A stretch of 59,019 bases of DNA from a virus. Its lineage: Duplodnaviria > Caudoviricetes. The stretch spans positions 1 to 59,019 of IMG/VR virus record IMGVR_UViG_3300031716_000008; one strand, 5' to 3'. Shown here one piece after another: positions 35,023 to 44,827 of this stretch. Each line of letters begins with the position of its first letter. Position 1 is the stretch's first letter. The position numbers and the translations under genes were made by a program. The notes beneath the pieces were generated by a model, which did no database searches, was not told where the DNA came from, and saw only the letters and a program-made list of their open reading frames with translations.

Positions 35023-36897
35023 TTAGCCTCCGGAGACAATAACACCGACGGCCCGTACGATGCCGATGTCGTTGTCATAGGATGGCGAAGCATCATCAGC
35101 GCGGGAGAGCTGGATGTAGATTGTGTCCCCGGGGGCGATCGTGAACTCGTTGGACTCCACCACAATGACATGATCAGCGGCGACGCCGTCGGACGGGTCG
35201 ACGACGTCAAAGGTGAGTGCTGTGTCACCTTCGGTGATAGCCGTCGGCGAACCGTCAGTAGGCAAAGCCAGTCGGTAATAACCGGCCGTCACCTCCGACC
35301 AGGGCCCCACGATTCCGCGACCGAACAACCAGGTACGTAGGACGAGCTTTGGGTTGGACGGCAAGCCGGTGACCGGCACCTCAAACCGCATGCGTACGGC
35401 GCTGTCGCGATCCGTCGGCAGGCCGAGATAGGCCACGCCGCGGAACGTCCGCTCCAGGGCATCCTGCAACTTCGTCAGGACCGGCGACAGCTCACGCTCC
35501 CCGGGCTCCAGGTTCACGTCGAGCGTGATGATGCCCTGGTGGACGACGTCGGTCTCCGGATCGCCGGGCGTCTCGTAGCGCTGTTGATCGCTGGTGATTA
35601 CGATGTTGTCGTTGCCGGCGATGATGCCTTCGACGACGTAGCCTTCGTCGAACTTGAAGCCGGGGCCGACGATCTGCTTGAGCACCTGGGAACCGACGGC
35701 GTCGGTCTCGCCGATGCTGGTGGATAGATCGAGGCGGGCTTTGAGGGCTCCCGTCTTGGCTTCCGCGCTGTCGCAGTTGACGAAGCTGATCGGCTGGTCG
35801 GTGTCCGGCTCCAAGCTCGTTACGACGCTCTTGTCCGTGGCGAAGAGCATGGAGGCATAGGCCAGAATCAACCGCATGTGGTCTGTGGGCGGGCAAATCT
35901 CTTGACCCGACGACAGCGATTGCGAGGACAGCGACGCCGAGGCCTCGGTGAAGGTGTCCAGCTCGGGCGGCCACGGCACTTCGCCGGTGCAGTCCGTCAT
36001 CCACCAGATGCCGTAACGGTCGATGATCACGCGGGGCTCGAAGCCCCGGGTCGGAATTTCCGTCGCCCCGCGGAGCGAGCCGTCGCCGCGATCCCAGAAG
36101 ACCACCACGGCTTCCAGCGGAATCGGTGGCCATAGTTTGGCCAACTCAGGATGGGCCGCCAGGTTGTAGCCGAAGTTCGCGCCGGTCGGTGCGTGGCCAT
36201 TGAAGCTGGCGTCGTCGGCCGGCAGCCAGCCAGCCAGGCCAGCGTCGGCGTTAGTGATCGTGTGATGGCCGTCGGTAGGCGGCACCGTGTCGCCGGCCGG
36301 ATGACAGACGAGATCGAAGCGGTAGTGGATGTGTGATTCGAGGAAGTCGCGGGTCTGGGGATGGACAACCGCCCAGACGTTCTGGTCGCAGTCGTCCTGC
36401 GGGCCGATAACGTGGCAGACCGGGACGCTCACCGCCGGCCGTTGCCGCGTGAGCTTGCCGGCCTCGGCCGACGACAGGTAGTACCGACCCGGAATCAAGT
36501 CGCCGTCGATCGCTGCTGCGAGCGTGCTGAACTTGGCCACACCGATCGTAGCGATGTCGGCCAGCGTGGCGTGCAGCTTGCGGAGCACGAGCCCCAGACA
36601 GTCCGACGATTCCAACGGCACCAGCGTACCGCTCTCGGGATCGGGCTCGACGCCGGCGAGGGCCAGCTCGAACTGCTGCGTGGTCTTGTTCCAGTACACC
36701 GGCTGGCCGACTTCGGCCTCGGCAATGATAGTTTGCTCGGGGTAGACGAGGAGCTGTTGCGCCTCGATACCATCGAGCCGCTCCTCCAAATAATTTTCGC
36801 GGGCTTCGAGCTGCCGCGTCGGACGACTGGTGTTACCAGACGACACCGGGCTCCCGGGAGCCACGTGCCGGACGCGTGAAACGAAAGCTCTGCTCAC
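35023..36897 (-). CDS. baseplate/tail fibre attachment protein
   Basis: N-terminal SRPTRQLEARENYL typical of fibre N-termini; GRYYLSSAEAGKLT; position in operon. Confidence 0.65.
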   Translation of the reverse strand: MSRAFVSRVRHVAPGSPVSSGNTSRPTRQLEARENYLEERLDGIEAQQLLVYPEQTIIAEAEVGQPVYWNKTTQQFELALAGVEPDPESGTLVPLESSDCLGLVLRKLHATLADIATIGVAKFSTLAAAIDGDLIPGRYYLSSAEAGKLTRQRPAVSVPVCHVIGPQDDCDQNVWAVVHPQTRDFLESHIHYRFDLVCHPAGDTVPPTDGHHTITNADAGLAGWLPADDASFNGHAPTGANFGYNLAAHPELAKLWPPIPLEAVVVFWDRGDGSLRGATEIPTRGFEPRVIIDRYGIWWMTDCTGEVPWPPELDTFTEASASLSSQSLSSGQEICPPTDHMRLILAYASMLFATDKSVVTSLEPDTDQPISFVNCDSAEAKTGALKARLDLSTSIGETDAVGSQVLKQIVGPGFKFDEGYVVEGIIAGNDNIVITSDQQRYETPGDPETDVVHQGIITLDVNLEPGERELSPVLTKLQDALERTFRGVAYLGLPTDRDSAVRMRFEVPVTGLPSNPKLVLRTWLFGRGIVGPWSEVTAGYYRLALPTDGSPTAITEGDTALTFDVVDPSDGVAADHVIVVESNEFTIAPGDTIYIQLSRADDASPSYDNDIGIVRAVGVIVSGG

Positions 36898-36898
36898 C

Positions 36899-36914
36899 GA
36901 TCACTCCCTTGATC
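36899..36914 (-). promoter_or_regulatory. SD in AGGGAG hairpin loop, putative CsrA site
   Basis: GATCA-AGGGAG-TGATC upstream of 36897. Confidence 0.55.
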
Positions 36915-36917
36915 TGT

Positions 36918-37547
36918 TTAAGCGACGAGTTTGTCGCCTTTACTTAAATTACAAAAAGCATGGGCCGTTTTCACGTTGTCATAGGTGTGTGTACCACCTC
37001 GTGAAATCGGTATGACGTGATCCATGTGCATTTTGTCAAAAAGCACTGGCTTGTGACAAATATGGCAAATCCCGTCGTCGCGGGTGAATACGGTTCGTTT
37101 TACAATGCGTTCGACTCGCGGAGCATTGGCTAGACGAGCGCTTCGGATTGCGCGGCGTTGCTTAAAGCTATCTGGGTTTCTCCTATAAGCGCGACGACCG
37201 GCAGCACGCACGACCTCGCGATTGCGACGTCTTTGGCGAGCATTATGCTTCCTACGATTCTGGTCGATATTACTGCGGTACCAGCGCTTACGGTCGCGTT
37301 TGACTTTTGCTGGGTCGGCGGCGCGAATTCGGCGCTGACGCAGTCGATTCCAGCGACGAAGTCGAGCCTGATGTCGTTTTCGATAAGTCCGGCCGCGGGT
37401 ATTTTGCGATCGCCGCGCTTGCGGCGTTTTTGACTTCTTACTGCGACAGACCTTGCAATAGCAATTACGGCCATCCGCACGACGCTTGGCAATGCCGAAT
37501 GCGTCGAGCGGTTTCCCGCGTTTGCAGGCCGAGCAGATTTTCAACAT
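36918..37547 (-). CDS. HNH homing endonuclease
   Basis: KICSACK..CYCKVC N-terminal finger; CHICH..HMDHVIPISRGGTHTYDNVKTAHAFCNLSKG. Confidence 0.9.
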   Translation of the reverse strand: MLKICSACKRGKPLDAFGIAKRRADGRNCYCKVCRSKKSKTPQARRSQNTRGRTYRKRHQARLRRWNRLRQRRIRAADPAKVKRDRKRWYRSNIDQNRRKHNARQRRRNREVVRAAGRRAYRRNPDSFKQRRAIRSARLANAPRVERIVKRTVFTRDDGICHICHKPVLFDKMHMDHVIPISRGGTHTYDNVKTAHAFCNLSKGDKLVA

Positions 37548-37565
37548 TGCCCCTGCTCCCTCGGT

Positions 37566-38186
37566 TTACGGCCGCAGAAATACGATATCCCAGGTGACGC
37601 CCACTTGATGCGAAACCTCCTTGACCACCTGCTCGTCAGCCGGGAAGTAGGTCCGCGAAAAGACAATGTCTTGCGTATGGTCAGAAAACTCCGGCGTCGC
37701 CACCAGGGCCACGCCGAAGACTTTCGAGTTGACGGCGTCGCTGTACTCTTTGCCGTGGGTGCCGACGGCACCGACGGAGAGGGCGAAGAAGGTGAGCTTG
37801 TTGCCCTGGCCGGCGGCGAAGACTTGCTCGTAGCCGTCTTCCACGCCGAGCAGCGGACGCTGGTTGAGAGCGACCCGCAGGTAGTCACGGCTGGGGCTGA
37901 AGGCCAGCTCGTCGTAGTATTCGATGCCTTCGGTGGTATCGAATGCTGGGACCGTGACAGGATCGTCCGGATCGCCGACGTTCTCGAACTCGATGTACAT
38001 CGCCGACGGATGGTAGCCAGGGACCCCGCCCAGAGCTTGCGCGGCGGCGAACATCCAACCGTCTTGAATCTGGTTGAACTTAGGCGGCTTGGGCAGATAC
38101 AGCCCGGTACGGACGTCGTAACGTCCGAGGCCCACGCGGCCGTAAACGCCACGCCGGCCGACACTCTCAACTACTCGCAACGTCAT
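37566..38186 (-). CDS. baseplate/tail collar-type protein
   Basis: 206 aa; position after wedge genes; C-terminal VGVTWDIVF. Confidence 0.6.
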   Translation of the reverse strand: MTLRVVESVGRRGVYGRVGLGRYDVRTGLYLPKPPKFNQIQDGWMFAAAQALGGVPGYHPSAMYIEFENVGDPDDPVTVPAFDTTEGIEYYDELAFSPSRDYLRVALNQRPLLGVEDGYEQVFAAGQGNKLTFFALSVGAVGTHGKEYSDAVNSKVFGVALVATPEFSDHTQDIVFSRTYFPADEQVVKEVSHQVGVTWDIVFLRP

Positions 38187-38205
38187 GTCGCTTCGCCTCC
38201 TGCGA

Positions 38206-39801
38206 TTATTGGCAGACTCCTGACACCAGCCGCAGTTGGGGGCGGTGTTCGCTCACTGCTGCGATCTCGTCCCGCCGGGGCTCCATCGCCGCAAACGTCC
38301 CGACGGTCTCACCGACGGCATTGGTTGTAACAGAATCCGCCGCCGGAGTCAGTTCCACTATGACAATTAAGGCGGTCTGGGGCGGCACTATCTTCCGGAG
38401 GAGTCGGGAGTTACGCAGCCCGACGCCCTGGCCAAGCGTGCTCGCCTTGATCTGAACGACGACGCAGTTGGATCGCAGGATGTTCTGTGCGAGGAAAAGG
38501 AGCGGATTGATGGTCGTGGGAAGGGCAGCCGCGGTAGGCTCTCCGTCTCGGACTGGTCGCTGATCCAAGAGGTGGGCCAGTGTGCCTCGCCGGTAGTGCT
38601 GGTCCTCGGTGTCGCAGCCGTCTCCGGGGATACGGAGTGTGCTGACGTCTTCGCAGTTATCGATAGGGCGGAGGGCTTCAGCCACACCGTTAGCATGTAG
38701 ATCGTCAAAGAAACGATCGACGTCCAGAGGAAAACCTCCAAGAGGAAATCGCAGCTTCGTAAAACCAGACGGATCATCGGTAATGACCTCCAGCGGGAAC
38801 TCTTTGTTCTCGAAGACTAGATCACCATAGTAGCAGCTCGCCAGGAACCCGGGACCCATGGCCAGGGCTTGCAGGCGGTCGTCGAGCTGCCCGCGGTTGA
38901 ACTCGAAGAAGAGGAAGCTGTCGACGAGCGGATCACCGGCGTGGACTGTGTCACCCACGCTGACGATCGGGTTAGCGTCCGGGTGGAACTTATAGACATG
39001 CTGGTCGGTGATGATCAGGCGGTGGGATTTATCCAGTTCGATAAACTCTACCGTCTCGGTGGCTTCTTCGACTAGCGGTACGCCGGTCATGGCGGAGAAG
39101 GCTGCCTCGACTTGCCGCTTGGCCGTACCGCCGACGATCGAATCGAAGACGGCGTTCATGATCTCGCGGTAGCCTTGGCTGGACTTCAACCGCAGATCGA
39201 GCACATAGCCGAACTGGCGGTAGATCGTCTCCCAATCGAAGTCGCCTTTGAACACCCATAGCAGGGCTTCGCGGTCGACGATGGTGCCGTCCTCATAGAC
39301 CGGGCGGACCGTCACACGGGGATCGGTGAAGGGGTTCTGTCGGAAGGTGATCGCCCCGATTGTCGTGTCGATTGTGAAATCGACATTCTTGGTCCACGTC
39401 AGCGAGGCCGAGAGGAAGCGGTTGAGGACCAACGGCGCGTCGACCAAGTCTTTTGGCAGCGGGAATGCGTGCGCGTCGCTGATCAGCGGCACGTCATAGC
39501 TGTCGATGCCATCATAGACAAGTCCAGTGTCATACCGCGGCAGCGACGTCGCGGCACTGTTGCGCTGGCTCTCCCGCACGACGAGCAGGTACCAATTGTC
39601 GCGGTGGAAGATCGGTACTTCATAGCGACTCAGGGCGGCGATCGTCTGGGCGGCATCCAGCATCGACTGTAGTTCGAGGTTGGCCTTGGCCTGCACGTAC
39701 GCCGAGACCTGGTCTTTCCGATCGTAGATGTCGGCCCAGAAAGTCCCCATGGTGCTGAGCAACACCTTGGGCTGGTCGTAAATAGTGGCGGGGTATTTCA
39801 C
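38206..39801 (-). CDS. baseplate wedge protein (putative)
   Basis: Follows baseplate J; FGYVL..YREIMNAVF; LRKIVPPQT (gpI-like). Confidence 0.6.
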   Translation of the reverse strand: MKYPATIYDQPKVLLSTMGTFWADIYDRKDQVSAYVQAKANLELQSMLDAAQTIAALSRYEVPIFHRDNWYLLVVRESQRNSAATSLPRYDTGLVYDGIDSYDVPLISDAHAFPLPKDLVDAPLVLNRFLSASLTWTKNVDFTIDTTIGAITFRQNPFTDPRVTVRPVYEDGTIVDREALLWVFKGDFDWETIYRQFGYVLDLRLKSSQGYREIMNAVFDSIVGGTAKRQVEAAFSAMTGVPLVEEATETVEFIELDKSHRLIITDQHVYKFHPDANPIVSVGDTVHAGDPLVDSFLFFEFNRGQLDDRLQALAMGPGFLASCYYGDLVFENKEFPLEVITDDPSGFTKLRFPLGGFPLDVDRFFDDLHANGVAEALRPIDNCEDVSTLRIPGDGCDTEDQHYRRGTLAHLLDQRPVRDGEPTAAALPTTINPLLFLAQNILRSNCVVVQIKASTLGQGVGLRNSRLLRKIVPPQTALIVIVELTPAADSVTTNAVGETVGTFAAMEPRRDEIAAVSEHRPQLRLVSGVCQ

Positions 39802-41453
39802 AGGGATTGCTTGAAGCCTTTGGCGACAACGCTAATACCAATATCGTCAGCACTGAGGAGCAGTGCTGTCGTGCGACCGGTCGTCATGATGCTGGCCTTG
39901 TTAGGCAGCTCCAGCACCGTCTTGCTGCGGACGATGACGTTCTGCCCGTCTGGCTGGCGGATACGGCCATGCAGGTCGATCGCGCCGACGGCCTGGCGTT
40001 TCGTGAGGTAGTTGTGGACCACGTCGGCAATGACCGAGGCATGCAACTGGCCGGGGAAGTCGAAGGAGTTGACGCGGGCGGCGATGTCGTTCTTGATCGA
40101 CCCGAGGTCCGGTGCCGTCTCGTTCGACCCTTGCTCGATGTTGAAGTTGATCGACAGGAAACAGGGGACCGCGGCTTTGACGAGCACGTCGCCGCCCGGG
40201 TCCCGCACGTCGCGGCCGCCGATGAAGGTTTGCAGCTCGGAAATCAACGGCATCGTCGCGACGACGATGTCGTAGTCTTTCGTCTGGCCCAGGGCCATGG
40301 CCGAGACATCGGTCTCGGTATCGAGGAACTGAATCACGGCGGTCTGGTAGGGGCTATAAGCCGCCTCGACGGCCGTGACGATATCCGGCAGGAAGCCCGC
40401 GCCCGAGAGGTCGAAGCCGCGGACGTCGGAAGTCACGGCAAACCCGGAGTCAATCGTCGGATCGGCTCCCGCCGGCAGGACCTGCGTGATCTCGTAGAAG
40501 CCGGGGGCGTCTTCCTTCGCCATCGCGAATTGCCAGGTGCTCCCGCCGCCCAGCTTGGCGACCAGCACGGCCGTCTTGTGGAGCGTGATCTCCTTGGCGA
40601 TGTCGGCGGTGCGAGAATAGATATCACAGCGCCCGAGCAGGGCGATGGGGACGATGGAGTGAAACGCCCGCTGCATCTCCGGGTTGCCAGAGCCGATGAT
40701 CGAGTAGTGCAGCGTCTGGGCGAACGTCGGTTGCTCTTTGATCAAGGCGACAATGTTCGTGCGGTTGCTCCAGGCCTTGGCGGCGATCCCCAGGTTGAGC
40801 CGAGTGATGACGTCTTCGTTGGTCTCGGTGTCGGTGCCGCCGTTGAAGTCGGTGGCGGAGTACGACGTCACGAAGCGGTCGAGCGGTCGGTCGGGGATGA
40901 GCTGCGTGTTGCGGCGGATGTTGCCGGCCGTGCCGACGGTCTCGGCAGTGGCATTGATCGAGAAGACGTACTGGTCGCCGCTGACGGGCTCCAGGACCCG
41001 TTCATTGTCGTCGGAGATTACGCTGCCCGGCGGCCGGGCGATGTATGGGGCGTCGGCGATGAAGACGATGCCCTCGGCCGCGAAGCGGGCGCCGGCGCTG
41101 AGTACGACGGTGGCAGTGCCGGTAACAACGATCGCGATCTCGCCCGTCGCTGGCGTGCCCGTGTTGCGGGTAATGCGATGGTTCGAGAAGACCTTGTCGG
41201 CCAGTTCGTCATCGGCCAGCGCCGGGTTCTGGGTGATGCCGAGCAGGCTGTTCGACTCCAGCACCCGATTCATCTCGGTCTGGTTGATGCCGCCGCCCAC
41301 GCCGCCGGCGAAGTAAGCCACGATGTCATGGATCACGCCGCCCGTCAGCTCCACCTGGGGATACTTCTCCTGGATGAGCTGCGTCAGCTCGGCCTGGGCC
41401 TGCGATACGACGTCAGGGTCGAGATCATCCAGCGTTTGTACTTTGAGACTCAT
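39798..41453 (-). CDS. baseplate J-like wedge protein
   Basis: ITRNTGTPATGEI, ATAETVGTAGNI, FNGGTDTETNEDVITRL hallmarks. Confidence 0.85.
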   Translation of the reverse strand: MSLKVQTLDDLDPDVVSQAQAELTQLIQEKYPQVELTGGVIHDIVAYFAGGVGGGINQTEMNRVLESNSLLGITQNPALADDELADKVFSNHRITRNTGTPATGEIAIVVTGTATVVLSAGARFAAEGIVFIADAPYIARPPGSVISDDNERVLEPVSGDQYVFSINATAETVGTAGNIRRNTQLIPDRPLDRFVTSYSATDFNGGTDTETNEDVITRLNLGIAAKAWSNRTNIVALIKEQPTFAQTLHYSIIGSGNPEMQRAFHSIVPIALLGRCDIYSRTADIAKEITLHKTAVLVAKLGGGSTWQFAMAKEDAPGFYEITQVLPAGADPTIDSGFAVTSDVRGFDLSGAGFLPDIVTAVEAAYSPYQTAVIQFLDTETDVSAMALGQTKDYDIVVATMPLISELQTFIGGRDVRDPGGDVLVKAAVPCFLSINFNIEQGSNETAPDLGSIKNDIAARVNSFDFPGQLHASVIADVVHNYLTKRQAVGAIDLHGRIRQPDGQNVIVRSKTVLELPNKASIMTTGRTTALLLSADDIGISVVAKGFKQSL

Positions 41454-41461
41454 CGTTGCTC

Positions 41462-41941
41462 CTAAGCACCGATCTTGATCGGCAGCAATGGGATCGGCAG
41501 GATCGGCTCGCGGCTGGTGCCGGCTTTACTGGTCAGACGGATGTTGAGCACTAGCAGGTCCGCGCTGAGCGCGATGCCCAGCAACTCGTCCGTGTCGAGG
41601 CGTTCGTCGTCCTCCATTTCGGGGACTTCTTCGTTGGCCATGTTCTGCTTGATTCGCATCGCCGCGAAGTTGTACTCGGCGATGACGTCGATCTCGTTTC
41701 GCAGCCGGCCGGTGCGGGCGTGCTGGACGAAGTCGACGCCGCGGGTGGGCTCGAACCGCATCGAACCGGTCGGCGTACAGAACTCCAGCACCCAGCGTTG
41801 GGCCATCTTCTGGACGCCCGTGCAAATCTGCCCGCTGTTGCCGTTGAAGAGCTGCTGCTTGAGCAAGGCTTCGCGCAGCAAGGTCTGACCTTGCAGGGCC
41901 AACAAGTCGAACCGACGGCCGATATAGTCCAGTGCTGACAT
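41462..41941 (-). CDS. gp25/GpW-like baseplate protein
   Basis: TGVQKMAQRWVLEFCTPTGSMRFEPTRG..DDERL; upstream of baseplate J. Confidence 0.75.
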   Translation of the reverse strand: MSALDYIGRRFDLLALQGQTLLREALLKQQLFNGNSGQICTGVQKMAQRWVLEFCTPTGSMRFEPTRGVDFVQHARTGRLRNEIDVIAEYNFAAMRIKQNMANEEVPEMEDDERLDTDELLGIALSADLLVLNIRLTSKAGTSREPILPIPLLPIKIGA

Positions 41942-42381
41942 TAGGCTCCGCCCTTGGCGATGATATTACTGACCTGTCGCTCAATCGCAGGTAGGACACT
42001 GCTTATTGCTAAACCGTGTCGCCGCGCGGCGCCGTGCACAACACAACGGCACAACGAAGCATGTCGCAATCGAAAGGCTCGTTCTGCGGTTGCCAGGTAG
42101 TCAACCTGTTGTTTAAGCGCGATCACATCCCCGGTTGTCCCCGGAGCAGCAACATTCTGCATGCATTCTTGATAGACGCTGTTAATCTCGTCGCGGTCAA
42201 AGGCTGGTTGGTGTAGCTTGGCGATATTCAGTAAATCCACATCATCAAGCACCTGCCATGGCCGCAACCCAGACGTTTTCAGCGCGTCTGCTTGTTTGCC
42301 CGCGTCAGCGCGGAGTGTCTGCAGAAAGTCATTGAAGACTGGCGATATGTTCGCTTTCTGGGTTCCGGTTTTGCCTGTCAC
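41941..42381 (-). CDS. hypothetical protein
   Basis: 146 aa in coupled chain. Confidence 0.6.
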   Translation of the reverse strand: MTGKTGTQKANISPVFNDFLQTLRADAGKQADALKTSGLRPWQVLDDVDLLNIAKLHQPAFDRDEINSVYQECMQNVAAPGTTGDVIALKQQVDYLATAERAFRLRHASLCRCVVHGAARRHGLAISSVLPAIERQVSNIIAKGGA

Positions 42382-42383
42382 CC

Positions 42384-43166
42384 TTAGCCTCCAAATAAAC
42401 GTCGCTCGTCGAGTATTTGTTGAATCCGTGCCGCCCGCTGGCTAACCGCTGCGCCGGTCATGCCCAGCCGCTGGGCGATCTCGCCCTGCGGTAACCGCGG
42501 GGCTCCGTTGCGGCCGAGGGTATAGTCGAGGATCGATTGATCGACGGGGCTGAGATCGTAGTACACGAAATCGACCCACGGATCGGCCGTCGGCTGGCCG
42601 AACGGTGTCCCGCCCGGCATGTGCATGTTGCCTTCGTCGTCCTCGTGCGTCATCGTACCTTCTGCCGTTGCCGGCCGGGCCTGACGGATGTAGGCCAATC
42701 GCTTCAGGGACATGCCGGTCTCGTCGGCGATCTCGGCGTCACTGGGGTCGCGACCGATCTGGTCGCGGAGGTTGTTCTCCGTCGCAGCCAGATGGTGCCG
42801 CTCGATCGCTACCCGCTCCGGCAGCGAGATGATCTGCTGTTGCTGGCCGGAGAGTCGCTGCAGGCCGCGGAGGTGCGACATTAAGTGATTTTTTAAGGAC
42901 CCTTTTTGTGGATCGAATGACTGTAACGCCTGTAACGAGATTAGTTTCGCGCGTGAGCGTAGGACGGGGCTGCCGGGGTTGCCCATTCCATACGATGTCA
43001 CGGCGGAGTCGATGATCGGCGAGACCTTCTTGAGGAGGGCCGTCCGCGTTGCTGGCGTGGGGTCTTGTCTCCAAGCGTGGAACTCCTCCGGCACCTCGGC
43101 ACCGAGCTTTTGCTCGCGCGCCTGGCTGGAAAAGGACATATCGGGATCAAGGATGGATTTGGGCAT
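42384..43166 (-). CDS. phage-encoded sigma-70 family (FliA/SigB-like) RNA polymerase sigma factor
   Basis: ALQSFDPQKGSL (region 2), ISLPER, IGRDPSDAEIADETGMS (region 3), QGEIAQRLGMTGAAVSQ (region 4 HTH). Confidence 0.85.
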   Translation of the reverse strand: MPKSILDPDMSFSSQAREQKLGAEVPEEFHAWRQDPTPATRTALLKKVSPIIDSAVTSYGMGNPGSPVLRSRAKLISLQALQSFDPQKGSLKNHLMSHLRGLQRLSGQQQQIISLPERVAIERHHLAATENNLRDQIGRDPSDAEIADETGMSLKRLAYIRQARPATAEGTMTHEDDEGNMHMPGGTPFGQPTADPWVDFVYYDLSPVDQSILDYTLGRNGAPRLPQGEIAQRLGMTGAAVSQRAARIQQILDERRLFGG

Positions 43167-44827
43167 CAATTAACAAGCCGAGCGCCGTACCACGCTTTCT
43201 GGTAGAGCGGCGGTTTGGGGATGGATGTTAGCAGGCTCTGATTTTCAGCGGCTGTGCGAATGTGGGCAATACTGAATGCCGTGCCGGCCTTGCCGTTTTC
43301 GGCGTTGATTGCCATAGACACACGTGTGACGGTGGCATAAATGCTCTCGGTTAGCGCGTCCTCATGGGGTAGGACATTTTTTGCGACACCTGCCTCAATT
43401 AGTACGTTTGAGCCCGGCGCAATATCAAACCGGAGCTTGCCGGACAATTCACCGATTCGACCCTTGAGCATTTCGACGGTGTACCACTGTTGCGCGTAGC
43501 GATCGGCAAACTTACGGCCCTGGTCCCAGGCTTTTTTGGGGTTGCCGACCGGTTTAACCGCCTTATTGGGCTTACCGGTACCGGCGGGATCTAGCGGCGA
43601 CTCGATTGGTTTTGCGTTGACTTCGCCGGTGCTTGCCTCGACGCCCGAGAATACGAGATTGTTGTTACAGAGCCAGCGTGGCGGATTCTTCACCAGGACC
43701 AATCCGTCGGGCGACGCTGGCGGCGCGAACAGGCCATAAAATCCGGTTAGGTCAGTGCCTGCACCGTCGGCCTCGCCGTTGAAGTTGGTGGCACTCGTTG
43801 CCGGAAATACGATGCCAACTGCGCGAAGTACCTGCGGTAGGTGGGCATTGGCCTCGCAGTATGCATAATCGGTGTCGCGGATAGTTGCCCAGGGCCGCCC
43901 CTGCAGCGGGCCGGCAAACGGTACCACGAGGCTGTCCGAGACGCGCGGGATCATCGCGAACCAGAAATTCTGACTCCACTCCCCGACGACTTTCCCCCAG
44001 AGCGTAGTGTTGAGCCAGGAATGGCCGCTGGAATACGCGATATCGTCGCAGATGCCAGCGGCGATTGTCAGACCGTCGCCACCGGTTAGATCGACTGCTA
44101 ACGGTACGCCGTCTTTGTTTGGCCCGATACGTTGGAGCAAGTTCAGCACGCGCTGTTGTCGTGCTTTGCTGGTTTCGATGCCGGCCTCTTGCAAACGAAT
44201 ATCAAACGGCGGATCGAGTGCAATACGACGCAGCCAGGGATGCAGAATTTTGCCCCAGATATCGGACAAGTGCTCGGCGGCGGCGAAGTCTTCGCCCATG
44301 CCAGGCACCCACGATGGTTGTTTTACGCCGGCGCCGCCATCCTCCTCCTCGCCAGAGCCGACGGCTTCGAAAATACTCGGATATTGCCAGTCGCCCGGGT
44401 TGCCGGGGTGGGCTGTTGGATTAAGCGCCGAGGCATAATGAAGCTGGGACAACCAGTGCGACAGGTGCAGCGTAAAATTGGCGCTCTCATTGCTACGTTG
44501 CCAGCCGGTACCTACGGCGTAACCCTCGAAGATCAATTTTCCGCCAGATACTGCGAACCCGAGGATACCCGGATCGGCCCGGTCGCGATCCGTAACAATG
44601 GCTGTCAGATAAACAGCGGCCGGCACCTGTACTTTGAGATCGCGAATAGCGGCGTGGATGGTGGCCGCCTGCTGCGTGTCCACACGACGACCTACAGAGA
44701 CAGTCAACGATGCCTCGGGAATCGTGTTCATTTCGAAGCTGGCGTTGAACTGCACAACATCATTGAACACGTGTCCGCCGATAACGGCACGCATTGCAAA
44801 TCGGACTACGGCATACGGTTCAGACAT
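43166..44827 (-). CDS. baseplate hub protein (gp27/GpD-like, putative)
   Basis: N-terminal ASFEMNTIPEASLTV..LIFEGY; C-terminal GELSGKLRFDIAPGS..ATVTRVS. Confidence 0.65.
   Translation of the reverse strand: MSEPYAVVRFAMRAVIGGHVFNDVVQFNASFEMNTIPEASLTVSVGRRVDTQQAATIHAAIRDLKVQVPAAVYLTAIVTDRDRADPGILGFAVSGGKLIFEGYAVGTGWQRSNESANFTLHLSHWLSQLHYASALNPTAHPGNPGDWQYPSIFEAVGSGEEEDGGAGVKQPSWVPGMGEDFAAAEHLSDIWGKILHPWLRRIALDPPFDIRLQEAGIETSKARQQRVLNLLQRIGPNKDGVPLAVDLTGGDGLTIAAGICDDIAYSSGHSWLNTTLWGKVVGEWSQNFWFAMIPRVSDSLVVPFAGPLQGRPWATIRDTDYAYCEANAHLPQVLRAVGIVFPATSATNFNGEADGAGTDLTGFYGLFAPPASPDGLVLVKNPPRWLCNNNLVFSGVEASTGEVNAKPIESPLDPAGTGKPNKAVKPVGNPKKAWDQGRKFADRYAQQWYTVEMLKGRIGELSGKLRFDIAPGSNVLIEAGVAKNVLPHEDALTESIYATVTRVSMAINAENGKAGTAFSIAHIRTAAENQSLLTSIPKPPLYQKAWYGARLVN

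Noticed and set aside
39807-41465. 552-aa plus-strand ORF
   Set aside because: Antisense shadow of baseplate J caused by high-GC codon bias; no recognisable motifs.
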